A DNA stretch of 32,000 nucleotides from Candidatus Pacearchaeota archaeon (GTDB taxonomy: Archaea > Nanobdellota > Nanobdellia > Pacearchaeales > UBA284), in assembly GCA_026016245.1 (NCBI GenBank), contig CP061211.1, positions 678,725-710,724 on the forward strand. The letters run 5' to 3'. The notes beneath the pieces were generated by a model. The model made no database searches, had not been told where the DNA came from, and saw only the letters and a program-made list of their open reading frames with translations. Both the position numbers and the translations under genes were made by a program. This document shows positions 32,000 through 32,000 of the stretch, piece by piece. The first letter of the stretch is position 1. Every line of letters begins with the position of its first letter.

Positions 32000-32000
32000 G

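Noticed and set aside
1-32000. CRISPR array, integrated mobile element or prophage at the tRNA genes.
   Set aside because: I found no regularly spaced direct repeats. I found no integrase, transposase or capsid-like ORFs. I found no duplicated tRNA 3'-end segment that would mark an att site.

Overview
Visibly AT-rich, very compact archaeal window. It has an intron-containing tRNA, BRE/TATA promoters at fixed spacing, mostly leaderless genes, and archease plus RtcB. The small-protein content suggests a DPANN-type (Woesearchaeota-like) genome, but that is inference. All family calls come from motifs read by eye; no searches were run. I support 2 tRNAs and about 43 CDS. (1) Bases 1-4200: a partial endonuclease IV-like gene fused directly behind tRNA-Lys(UUU), small membrane proteins, a Clp-fold SDH-type serine protease, a wHTH regulator and a lipoprotein. 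(2) Bases 4683-12418: a 7.7-kb minus-strand run of 17 genes with gaps of 13 nt or less. It joins Fe-S and sulfur mobilisation (HTH regulator, NifS/IscS, IscU, PP-loop thiolase, DUF1858) to a full thiol-disulfide relay (TrxR, Grx-like, CcdA, membrane-anchored Trx). (3) LemA-HtpX, TrmB, and an exported FKBP(SlyD-like)-DsbA-like fusion. (4) Bases 16888-21917: a HerA/FtsK-type ATPase followed by two large orphan proteins (710 and 472 aa). This is the best candidate for an undescribed system. (5) A processive GT2, two pilin-like proteins, archease and RtcB, all tightly packed. (6) Bases 26267-32000: three tandem paralogous, heavily Cys-rich, membrane-anchored surface proteins. They share ends, carry swapped central cassettes, and contain near-identical DNA tracts indicating gene conversion. 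I saw no CRISPR array, rRNA, transposase or integrase.
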